A program made the translations under genes and the position numbers. DNA of 27,950 bases from Oscillospiraceae bacterium (lineage in GTDB: Bacteria; Bacillota; Clostridia; Oscillospirales; Oscillospiraceae): assembly GCA_031288675.1 (NCBI GenBank), contig JAITQY010000022.1:1-27950 (forward strand), in the 5' to 3' direction. How positions within the stretch are numbered: the stretch's first letter is position 1; every line of letters begins with the position of its first letter. Positions 16,308-24,243 of the stretch are shown here, one piece after another. The notes beneath the pieces were generated by a model. The model had not been told where the DNA came from. It saw only the letters and a program-made list of their open reading frames with translations, and did not search any database.

Positions 16308-16336
16308 TTGACAAATTAATTGCTTTGGAGCATAAT
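16308..16336 (+). promoter_or_regulatory. Promoter of the Phd/RelE-type operon
   Basis: TTGACA (16308-16313), a 17-nt spacer containing the palindrome AATTAATT (16314-16321), then CATAAT (16331-16336). Confidence 0.65.
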
Positions 16337-16372
16337 ATAGTTACAGATAAATTCAGTGAGGAGATAATTAAA

Positions 16373-16702
16373 ATGTTAAACAATATCGCTATAAGCAATG
16401 CGTTAGACGCGTTGGTTCCAATTTCACGTTTTAATAAGGGTGAAGCAAGTAAAATTTTTGAAGAGGTTCGGGCGACCGGCTGTAAAATCGTCGTGAAGAA
16501 TAACGTTCCCGCGTGCGTATTGCTCACTCCTGAGAGGTATAAAGAGCTTATGGAGGAAATAGAAGACCAGTATTTTCTTGCATTAGCTGAGGAGCGGTTA
16601 AAGAATGATAGCGGCGTGACATATACTTTTGAGGAAGTACTTGCCGAATCCGGGCTGACACTTGCGGATATTGACGCTATGGAGGATGTAGAGATAGAAT
16701 GA
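16373..16702 (+). CDS. Type II antitoxin, Phd/YefM-like (prevent-host-death family)
   Basis: VPISRFNKGEASKIFEEVRATGCKIVVKNNVPACVLLTPERYKELME is the Phd/YefM N-domain pattern. GAGGAG (16358-16363) precedes ATG 16373. The stop overlaps the toxin start (ATGA). Confidence 0.8.
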   Translation: MLNNIAISNALDALVPISRFNKGEASKIFEEVRATGCKIVVKNNVPACVLLTPERYKELMEEIEDQYFLALAEERLKNDSGVTYTFEEVLAESGLTLADIDAMEDVEIE

Positions 16703-17022
16703 ATACGTGGGAAGTTGAATTTACCGCAGAAGCCGTTAAAGACCGTGACGCACTTAACTCCTCTGTAAGAAATCAAGTTTACAAAGCTATACGCAAGGTC
16801 TCCCAAAACCCTCTGCCGAAAAACGAGGGCGGATACGGAGAGCCTCTTGGGAATAAGCAGGGTCATAATTTAACAGGCTTGTGTAAGATAAAATTGCTGA
16901 AGCTCGGGATTAGGGTTATTTACAAAGCGGTGCGGGAAAACGGAGTAATGAAAATCATTGTTATTGCCGCGCGCGCAGATGATGAAGTCTATGAGATTGC
17001 CGCGAAAAGGATTGACAGTTAA
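16699..17022 (+). CDS. Type II toxin, RelE/ParE superfamily
   Basis: This 107-aa basic protein reads WEVEFTAEAVKDRDALNSSVRNQVYKAIRKVSQNP...LGNKQGHNLTGLCKIKLLKLGIRVIYKAVRENGVMKIIVIAARADDEVY. This is the typical RelE/StbE topology and gene order. Confidence 0.8.
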   Translation: MNTWEVEFTAEAVKDRDALNSSVRNQVYKAIRKVSQNPLPKNEGGYGEPLGNKQGHNLTGLCKIKLLKLGIRVIYKAVRENGVMKIIVIAARADDEVYEIAAKRIDS

Positions 17023-17037
17023 TGAAAGAATATAAAT

Positions 17038-17068
17038 AACAGTCCGCTGATGAATACAGCGGACTGTT
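17038..17068. terminator. Bidirectional intrinsic terminator between the RelE-like gene (+) and clpE (-)
   Basis: AACAGTCCGCTG (17038-17049) pairs with CAGCGGACTGTT (17057-17068), with loop ATGAATA and T-rich flanks on both strands. Confidence 0.8.
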
Positions 17069-17082
17069 ACAGTTTTAAGCAA

Positions 17083-19485
17083 TTATTCTTCGGGCGACAC
17101 TTCTATTTTTTCGTCGCTGACTTTCAGGCGGAGGTCACGAATCGGGGCGGCATAGTTCGTAACGATGACCTCAGTGACATTGCCTTCGACCTCTTTTTGG
17201 ATTAGACGGCGCAGGTTACGCGCTCCGTAAGTGAGACTATAGGCTTTCTTAGCGAGATATTGCAGAAGGGACGTATCATAAATCAGCGTGTAGTTTTTCT
17301 CCGCCATACTGTCCTGGAGTTCGTGCATCATAATATCCGCTATGTGGATGAAGTCCTGTTCGGAAAGCTTATTGAAGTAAACTATCTCATCTACGCGGTT
17401 GATAAATTCCGGGCGGAGAAATTCTTTAAGCGATTTTTCCGCTTTGGTTTTGTCAAGCTCGCCTGCGGTCATTCCGAAGCCCAGCGAAGTACCCTTTATC
17501 TCACTTCCGGCGTTTGTGGTCATGATAATAACGGTGTTTTCAAAGTTCACGGTACGTCCGTGCGCGTCAGTAAGCCGTCCGTCATCGAGAATTTGCAGAA
17601 GCATATTAAGCACGTCTGGATGCGCCTTTTCGATTTCGTCAAAGAGAATAACGGAGTAAGGACGGCGGCGGATTTTTTCCGTTAACTGACCTGCCTCGTC
17701 ATAGCCGACATAGCCCGGAGGGCTGCCGACAAGCCGGCTTGCGCTGTGCTTCTCCATATACTCTGACATATCAATGCGGATAAGCGATTCCGGGGAATTA
17801 AATAAATCCTCTGAAAGCTGTTTGACAAGCTCCGTTTTTCCAACGCCTGTAGATCCGACGAAGATGAAGCTCACAGGTTTACGCTTAGAGCTGATTCCGA
17901 CCCTATTCCGTCGAATCGCGGAGCATACTGCGTCAATTGCCGCATCCTGACCTATCAGGCGCGATTTCAAACGTAAATCAAGTTTAGAGAGTTTCTCGAA
18001 CTCATCCTCACGGATTGCGCTTGCGGGAATCTTTGTCCATTGCTCAATTACGTAGGCAAGGTCTTCTGTGCTTAACACAGGCTTTTCTTTTTGAAGTAAA
18101 AGAGAAAGCTCGTCATTAAGGCGTATTTCGGAGCTTCTGATGTCCGCAAGCCTGTGGTGAATCTCGTCCGTCGGCTCAAGGGAGAGCAGATATTCGCGCT
18201 CTAAGCCAAGGTCGGCAATATCTTTTTTGACTTGTCCGGTGCGGGCAATGCTGCTGGTTTTAAGGTTCAGGCGCGAAGCCGCCTCGTCAATCAGATCAAT
18301 GGCTTTGTCCGGCAGATAGCGGTCGGTAATATAGCGTTCCGACATCAGCACCGCCTGACGCGCGACGTCGTCAGAAATCTTTACCGCGTGATAATCTTCG
18401 TAATAGCGTGTAACGCCTTTTATAATCTCAATGGCGTCCGAAATAGACGGTTCAGAGACGCTGATAGGTTGAAAACGGCGTTCTAATGCCGCGTCACGCT
18501 CTATGTTTTTGCGGTATTCGTTAAAAGTCGTTGCGCCGATAACCTGAATCTCACCGCGGCTGAGCGCGGGCTTGAGGATATTGGCGGCGTTCATAGAACC
18601 TTCGGCGTCACCAGCGCCGATAATAGTGTGAATCTCATCAATGAAAAGAAGGATGTTCCCTGCGGCTTTGACGTGTTCGATAAGGTTTTTCATACGCTGC
18701 TCGAACTGACCGCGGAACTGCGTTCCGGCTACAAGAGCGGTCATATCGACGGATAAAAGCTCCTTTCCGCGCAATTTGAGCGGAACTTCGTTAGATGATA
18801 TTCGCAAAGCAAGCCCCTCCGCAATGGCGGTTTTACCGACGCCGGGTTCACCGATAAGGCAGGGATTATTCTTTGTGCGGCGGTTAAGTATCTGAATTAG
18901 ACGTTCCGTTTCAGTTTCGCGTCCGATGATGTTGTCGATTTCGTTGTTACGCGCCCGGCGTGTGAGGGAGACGCAGTACATCTCTAAGAATTTGTCACGC
19001 TTTTCCTTTTGCTTTTTCTCGGACTGCTCTTTTTTTGTATCCTTGCCCGGTTTTTCATTAGGCGCGGCACGTCCGTCAGGAGCGCTTCGGGCGAGCATAT
19101 TCTTCATAAACGGAAAGATAGGACCGTCCTCATCGTTATAATCTTCATCGTCCGCTGAGTCCTCTTCTTCGAGTTTCTTAATAAACGATGATATTTCCGG
19201 CGGTTCGCTTTCAGAGCCTTCATCCTGATCCGAATCCGGATTGCCCTCCATTAGCTGACGGAACATTCCTCCGTCGGCAAACGCGTCGCGCATACCGTCG
19301 TTGAGCATATCTATGTCATCTTCGGATAATCCCATACTCTTGATGATGTCGTCAAGCTGCTGAAAATTATGCTTGCGCGCGCACTTCATACAATATCCGC
19401 GCTGAGTAGTCTTGCCGTTCTCGACGGCGGTAACAAAGACGACTGCAATATTCTTTTTACATTCGTCACATATCGGAGCTGCCAT
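17083..19485 (-). CDS. clpE: ClpE-type Hsp100/Clp AAA+ unfoldase with an N-terminal zinc finger
   Basis: The N-terminus has CDEC-x22-CMKC and no Clp_N repeats. Two AAA+ modules are present ([13 protein letters not shown] and [13 protein letters not shown]), plus a short middle domain and an LGF ClpP-docking tripeptide (GTSLGFG). Confidence 0.88.
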   Translation of the reverse strand: MAAPICDECKKNIAVVFVTAVENGKTTQRGYCMKCARKHNFQQLDDIIKSMGLSEDDIDMLNDGMRDAFADGGMFRQLMEGNPDSDQDEGSESEPPEISSFIKKLEEEDSADDEDYNDEDGPIFPFMKNMLARSAPDGRAAPNEKPGKDTKKEQSEKKQKEKRDKFLEMYCVSLTRRARNNEIDNIIGRETETERLIQILNRRTKNNPCLIGEPGVGKTAIAEGLALRISSNEVPLKLRGKELLSVDMTALVAGTQFRGQFEQRMKNLIEHVKAAGNILLFIDEIHTIIGAGDAEGSMNAANILKPALSRGEIQVIGATTFNEYRKNIERDAALERRFQPISVSEPSISDAIEIIKGVTRYYEDYHAVKISDDVARQAVLMSERYITDRYLPDKAIDLIDEAASRLNLKTSSIARTGQVKKDIADLGLEREYLLSLEPTDEIHHRLADIRSSEIRLNDELSLLLQKEKPVLSTEDLAYVIEQWTKIPASAIREDEFEKLSKLDLRLKSRLIGQDAAIDAVCSAIRRNRVGISSKRKPVSFIFVGSTGVGKTELVKQLSEDLFNSPESLIRIDMSEYMEKHSASRLVGSPPGYVGYDEAGQLTEKIRRRPYSVILFDEIEKAHPDVLNMLLQILDDGRLTDAHGRTVNFENTVIIMTTNAGSEIKGTSLGFGMTAGELDKTKAEKSLKEFLRPEFINRVDEIVYFNKLSEQDFIHIADIMMHELQDSMAEKNYTLIYDTSLLQYLAKKAYSLTYGARNLRRLIQKEVEGNVTEVIVTNYAAPIRDLRLKVSDEKIEVSPEE

Positions 19486-20032
19486 TTAGTTTATTCTCTT
19501 TCATTTTTAATTGAATCGCTATATATTTTTGGATATAACTTGCGAAAGCGAGCAGCATAACGACAATCGCCGCCCCAATCATTATATTAGGAACAGGTTG
19601 CGGAATGTGTCCGTTTGCGACTATAAGTATAACACAGACCGTAAAAAATACAACTGTTGAAATTTTACCAAACAAGTTAGATGAGGGAATATCCGATAAT
19701 TTATGCCGTAGAATAAATCCGCCGACTGCCATAAGGCTCTCCTTGACAAAGAAGAAAATCAGCGCCCACATCGGCACGATCTTATCAATTGTAACGCACA
19801 GCAGTACCGAGAAAGTCATCAGCTTATCAGCCATAGGGTCAAGCAGCCTACCCAGCGGAGACGTCATATTATACTTACGGGCTATATACCCGTCTAATAC
19901 GTCCGTAAGTGAGGCGACCCCGTAAATCAGCACGGAGCGCAAACCGGAATATTCGCCGCCGTCAAAATACGTGACGATAAACACCGGAACGAGACATAAT
20001 CTGAAAATTGAAAGTAGGTTTGGTAAATTCAT
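19466..20032 (-). CDS. CDP-alcohol phosphatidyltransferase family protein (second PgsA-like paralogue)
   Basis: The motif DVLDGYIARKYNMTSPLGRLLDPMADK sits in a multi-pass membrane protein. The 3' end overlaps the clpE start by 20 nt. Confidence 0.85.
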   Translation of the reverse strand: MNLPNLLSIFRLCLVPVFIVTYFDGGEYSGLRSVLIYGVASLTDVLDGYIARKYNMTSPLGRLLDPMADKLMTFSVLLCVTIDKIVPMWALIFFFVKESLMAVGGFILRHKLSDIPSSNLFGKISTVVFFTVCVILIVANGHIPQPVPNIMIGAAIVVMLLAFASYIQKYIAIQLKMKENKLNGSSDM

Positions 20033-20112
20033 TAAATTAGTAAATAGATGTGAATGGTCAGCAGATGAGGGAATACCTCTATCACGCTGCGGGTGATAAC
20101 CATAGTGTTCTT

Positions 20113-20136
20113 CGGGGCGGTTATATAACCGCCCCG
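20113..20136 (-). terminator. GC-rich hairpin downstream of the SLH gene; terminator-like but lacks a U-tract
   Basis: The perfect palindrome CGGGGCGGTTAT/ATAACCGCCCCG lies 12 nt after the stop at 20148. Confidence 0.4.
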
Positions 20137-20147
20137 CGCTGAAAATC

Positions 20148-22046
20148 CTATGTCTTGTTATAAGATTTAATTACGATTAGTGTCGCGGTGAATACGCCGC
20201 TTTCATACGCGCCGTATACGGTCAAAGTGATATTTTTCATATCTTTATTGTTAGCGAAGTTGCGGTCAAAACTTCTTGCGTCGTGGTATTCATTGTTTTT
20301 GTAATCAAGGATTTGAGTATCGTTGGTAACCGTGATTTTGCGCGGAGTTCCGTTGACCAGCACCACAAGTTCCTCGTCCGCTCGGGAATAGGAAACTAAA
20401 GTGCCTTCATATTCTCCGGCGAGCGTGATCTCTCCGGCTTCAGCGTAGATTTCCATTACGACTTCATTAAGAAGCGAGAGTACGACGTAATCGCCGACAT
20501 TGATGTCAAGCATAGTGCTTCCGTCATTCTTATCCTCGTCAAATGTAACGATAACGTCTTTGTCTACCTTGTAAATTACGGCAGTGGAATCAGCGTCGTT
20601 TGCGTATTGCTTGACCGCGACAGTCCAGCCGTTGGCGGTCTTGCTTATAGCGGTAACATAGCCGTGAACTCCGCCGGCGTAAGTTTCAAGGTTCATAAGC
20701 TTGATTTTACCGCGCTCAACGGTTATATCCGCGTGGTCGCCCTCGCGAAGATCGGTAATCGTGATGACCTTGCCGTTGCGCTCCATCTCCGGAAGATTGG
20801 AGACGTCAAACGGCAGAATATAGACGTCGCCGTTGCCTGCGGTAAGCGTAATGCTGCCCGGGGATTCAAACACTATCTTTGTCAGAACTCCGCTTAGCGT
20901 GTAATTCGCGCGGGTAATGCGAATTTCCGCGATTTCTTTTTTCGCGTTCAGGCGGGCAATCACGAACCCGGCGGGATAAGCTTTCAGCGTGGTGTAAGTC
21001 TCGCGGTCTCCGCTGGCGGAAGATTTGCAGTCTGCGGCTACGTCGTATAAAGCGGTTTTGCCGGTGTGATAGTTTTCAATCTCGACTCTTGGCGCGGCGG
21101 AGGAACCCAGTACGGCGCTGAGCATTCCGACAGCATAGTCGGCGGTGTTGTCGATATAATAGTTCGCAACCCTGCCGTCCTTGTCAAGGTACAGCGTAAC
21201 GAAGTTGCCCGTGTCAGAGAGGACTTTTACGCTTGAATCTTTGTATGTCGGAACGATGTCTAACCCGACTTTAAGCTGGCGGTAACGTCCTGCCGTATCG
21301 GTAATGACCATAGCGCTTCCGCTGTGGCTGATAATAACGCCCTCAATTTTGCTGTCGTTGTCAATACCCTGAATCTGCGGCGGAGTAGCATAGCTGCGCT
21401 CGCGGTATTTCAGCGCTTTGTTGAACATCGTGGCGGCAACCGCGCGGCTTACGTCGCTGCCGGGATTAAAGTTGCGGTTTTCATCGCCTTGCAGGACGTT
21501 AATGTCATACATCAGCGCGATGTAATCCATATAGCGCGACGGGATTTTCGTTGCGTCCGCAAAGTCCGGCGTACGGCGGTCAAGCTTTTCTTCCATAAGT
21601 ACGCCGCGTACAAGCCACATAGCAAGGACTTCTTTCTTTATCGGCGCGTTGAATTTCTCCGGAGCCGCGCCGCGAACCTCCGTGTCAAGCACCGCGCCGG
21701 AGGCAAGGCAGATTGCCAAAGCGTCCCGCGCCCACGTCGGTCCGCCGGCTTGGATTATTTCCTTAGACGCCGGACCGTATTGGTTAAGAATAAACTCTTT
21801 TTCTAAATCGGTTATTTGATAGAGACGGCTGATGATTGCTATGGTTTCGGCAACTGAAATCGTAGCGTTTGGTTTGATGGAGCCGTCGGGATAGCCCTCT
21901 AAAAGTCCGCGCTCCGCGCATTCTTCCATATCAGTGCGCGACCAGTGCCCCACAAGATCAGGGAAAGTCGCCGCGCCCGCGCTTGTAAGCGCGAACCCGA
22001 ATACGATCGCAAACGTAAGAACAAGCGATAAAGTTTTCTTCAGCAT
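20148..22046 (-). CDS. Secreted S-layer-homology (SLH) domain surface protein with a repetitive beta-rich C-terminal region
   Basis: A signal peptide is present (MLKKTLSLVLTFAIVFGFALTSAGA). It is followed by three SLH-like segments: FPDLVGHWSRTDMEECAERGLLEGYPDGSIKPNATIS, a degenerate middle one, and FADATKIPSRYMDYIALMYDINVLQGDENRNFNPGSDVSRA. AAGGAG precedes the ATG. Confidence 0.85.
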   Translation of the reverse strand: MLKKTLSLVLTFAIVFGFALTSAGAATFPDLVGHWSRTDMEECAERGLLEGYPDGSIKPNATISVAETIAIISRLYQITDLEKEFILNQYGPASKEIIQAGGPTWARDALAICLASGAVLDTEVRGAAPEKFNAPIKKEVLAMWLVRGVLMEEKLDRRTPDFADATKIPSRYMDYIALMYDINVLQGDENRNFNPGSDVSRAVAATMFNKALKYRERSYATPPQIQGIDNDSKIEGVIISHSGSAMVITDTAGRYRQLKVGLDIVPTYKDSSVKVLSDTGNFVTLYLDKDGRVANYYIDNTADYAVGMLSAVLGSSAAPRVEIENYHTGKTALYDVAADCKSSASGDRETYTTLKAYPAGFVIARLNAKKEIAEIRITRANYTLSGVLTKIVFESPGSITLTAGNGDVYILPFDVSNLPEMERNGKVITITDLREGDHADITVERGKIKLMNLETYAGGVHGYVTAISKTANGWTVAVKQYANDADSTAVIYKVDKDVIVTFDEDKNDGSTMLDINVGDYVVLSLLNEVVMEIYAEAGEITLAGEYEGTLVSYSRADEELVVLVNGTPRKITVTNDTQILDYKNNEYHDARSFDRNFANNKDMKNITLTVYGAYESGVFTATLIVIKSYNKT

Positions 22047-22110
22047 AGTTGGTCACTCCTTATGTATTGCCGTTATCCGGCAAGATACTCAGAATTTTTG
22101 TACAACTTAT

Positions 22111-22139
22111 ATTATACCACAAAACTCCGCGAATTGCAA
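22111..22139 (-). promoter_or_regulatory. Near-consensus promoter of the SLH protein gene
   Basis: The minus strand has TTGCAA (22139-22134), a 17-nt spacer, then TGG-TATAAT (hexamer at 22116-22111, with an extended -10 TG). Confidence 0.7.
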
Positions 22140-22236
22140 TAGCAAAAAAAGAATTTACTGTTAACAAACTTTTACAGTTTTGAAAAAACTTTTGTAATAA
22201 TGAATATTTACGCTCATTGTAACAATAACCTTTTGT

Positions 22237-23049
22237 ATGAAAGTTTTTGACGCGCACGCTGATACTCTGTCCGCAACGGAGAAATTAGATATTCACACAG
22301 CTCCGGATACGGAGCTTACGCGGATATACGCGATTTGGGGCGGCGCGGAAGCAACGTATGAATCGCGTTATCTGCCGTTACTGAAGCGCTGGCGTGAGGC
22401 AAAATTCAACGATACCTCCGCGATGTTGTCCGTGGAAGGCGCGCACGTATTGGACTGCTCGCTGGAGCGGCTTCGTGACGCTGCCGCTGACGGGGTTTGT
22501 GCGGTAACGCTTACATGGAATAACGCGAACTCAGTTTCCGGTAGCTGTGCGGATAATTATGACTGCGGGCTGACGCGTTTCGGGCGGACGTTCGTCCGTG
22601 AATGTGAAAGACTGAATGTAACCGTTGACGCCGCGCACCTCTCTGAGCGCGGATTTTACGATGTTGCGGAGATGTGCGCTAAGCCGTTTGCGGTAACTCA
22701 CGCTAACAGCGCGGCGGTTTGTCCCCACCGGAGGAACCTCTCCGACGACCAATTCCGGACGCTGATACAGACAGGCGGCGCGGCGGGAATCACCTTTCAT
22801 CAGGATTTTGCCGGCGGTGCTGAAATCGACCGCCTTGTCCGGCACATTATGCACTGGTTAGATTTCGACGGCGGAGAGAACGCTATTGGCATAGGGACGG
22901 ACTTTGACGGCGGAATTACGCCGGTTCGCGGATTAGAAGACGATAGCGGATTTATCTGGCTGTTTGACGAATTAATTCTGCGCGGAGTTTCCGCTGAAAC
23001 CGCTAATAAAATTATGTACGGCAACTGGGCGCGGATATTCAAGACATGA
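22237..23049 (+). CDS. Membrane-dipeptidase (peptidase M19) family protein
   Basis: The H-x-D metal motif FDAHADT is at the N-terminus, followed by VEGAHVLD, LTWNNANS, AAHLSERGF, THANSAAVCPHRRNLSDDQ and GIGTDFDG. No Shine-Dalgarno sequence precedes the ATG. Confidence 0.8.
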   Translation: MKVFDAHADTLSATEKLDIHTAPDTELTRIYAIWGGAEATYESRYLPLLKRWREAKFNDTSAMLSVEGAHVLDCSLERLRDAAADGVCAVTLTWNNANSVSGSCADNYDCGLTRFGRTFVRECERLNVTVDAAHLSERGFYDVAEMCAKPFAVTHANSAAVCPHRRNLSDDQFRTLIQTGGAAGITFHQDFAGGAEIDRLVRHIMHWLDFDGGENAIGIGTDFDGGITPVRGLEDDSGFIWLFDELILRGVSAETANKIMYGNWARIFKT

Positions 23050-23058
23050 ATTACTTTT

Positions 23059-24135
23059 CTACAGCACGATTAAATCTTTTGCGGAATTTGTAATGTCCTC
23101 CGCGTTGCCGGAACGGACAATGATAACGTCCTCTATCCGGACGCCGAATTTATCCGGCAAATAGATTCCCGGCTCCGCGCTGATGACTGCGCCCTCCGGA
23201 AGCGGTTTATCCCATGACGGTGCGGCGTTCGGGCGCTCGTGAATTTCTAAGCCAAGCCCGTGTCCGAATCCGTGTCCGAAAAATTCTCCGTATCCCGCGT
23301 CCGCTATCACTGCGGCAGCGGCTTCGTGAACCGATTTTCCGGTAACACCTGCCCGAGCGGCGGCAACTCCTGCCGACTGAGCGCGAAGCACGGTTTGGTA
23401 TATCAGTTTTTGCTCCTCCGTAACCGCGCCGACCGCAACTGTTCGCGTCATATCGCTGCAATAGCCGTCTAAAATACATCCGAAGTCAAGCGTCACAAAA
23501 TCGCCGCGCTGAATTTCTTTATCCGACGGAACCGCGTGCGGCTTCGCTGAATTTGTTCCGCTGGCTACGATAGGGTCAAACGATACGTTCTGTGCGCCTT
23601 TGAGAAGAAAACGATAAGTTATCTCCGCCGCTATGCGTTTCTCCGTCACACCCGGACAAATGACTGAAAGCATCTCAGTGAAAACCTCGTCTGTAAGCGC
23701 CTGAGCCGCCCGAAGCCTGCGCAATTCTTCCTCCGATTTCACGCTGCGAAGCTCCGTAAGGATATAACCGCACGGTATAAGCTCACATTCAAGCTTCCCG
23801 AGCAGGTTTTTGTGCTGTGCAAAAGAGATATAGTCCTCTTCAAAACCGACGCGCGTAATTTGCTCCACATGGAGCAATCTCTTCACAATTTCGGTAAAAG
23901 TTCCATTAATCGCGCCTGTAAGGTGAACCGTCAGCCCGTTTTCATTTAGCTGAACGCTTTCGCGCGCCGCAAGTATATACCGCGAATCTACAATCAGATG
24001 CGCGGAGTTTTGCGTTATCAGCGCCATTCCGTCCGAGCTCGCGAAACCGCTTACATACCGCCGGTTAACCGGCGAAATTAAAAGCAACGCCTCTGCGCCG
24101 CCAAGCCGCTCCCGAATCTTTTCAATAACTTTCAT
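23059..24135 (-). CDS. M24-family Xaa-Pro aminopeptidase/dipeptidase
   Basis: The creatinase-like N-domain is followed by a pita-bread domain with DFGCILDGYCSDMTRT, HGFGHGLGLEIHE, EPGIYLP and GVRIEDVI. GGAGAGG precedes ATG 24135; the ORF-track start at 24171 is a TTG upstream of the RBS. Confidence 0.9.
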   Translation of the reverse strand: MKVIEKIRERLGGAEALLLISPVNRRYVSGFASSDGMALITQNSAHLIVDSRYILAARESVQLNENGLTVHLTGAINGTFTEIVKRLLHVEQITRVGFEEDYISFAQHKNLLGKLECELIPCGYILTELRSVKSEEELRRLRAAQALTDEVFTEMLSVICPGVTEKRIAAEITYRFLLKGAQNVSFDPIVASGTNSAKPHAVPSDKEIQRGDFVTLDFGCILDGYCSDMTRTVAVGAVTEEQKLIYQTVLRAQSAGVAAARAGVTGKSVHEAAAAVIADAGYGEFFGHGFGHGLGLEIHERPNAAPSWDKPLPEGAVISAEPGIYLPDKFGVRIEDVIIVRSGNAEDITNSAKDLIVL

Positions 24136-24202
24136 TTTAGTTTCCTCTCCTGCCGGCGGGTTGGTAATCAACGACTAACATCCGCTCATCATTTCCTGCC
24201 AT

Positions 24203-24221
24203 ACGGGGCGCATAGCCCCGT
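24203..24221 (-). terminator. Short hairpin after the MutS-like gene; weak terminator candidate
   Basis: ACGGGGC (24203-24209) pairs with GCCCCGT (24215-24221), with a 5-nt loop and no clear U-tract. Confidence 0.3.
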
Positions 24222-24243
24222 TACGTTTATAATTTGCCGCTTA

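Noticed and set aside
16273-16866. 197-aa minus-strand ORF spanning the Phd/RelE-type operon
   Set aside because: It is antisense to two convincing TA genes and their promoter. Its Ser/Ile-rich low-complexity translation is the mirror frame of an AT/GA-rich coding region.
20033-20147. Search for a CtsR operator (GGTCAAA-N3-GGTCAAA) or CIRCE element upstream of the clpE operon
   Set aside because: Only a single partial GGTCAGC is present, with no heptad direct repeat and no TTAGCACTC-N9-GAGTGCTAA.
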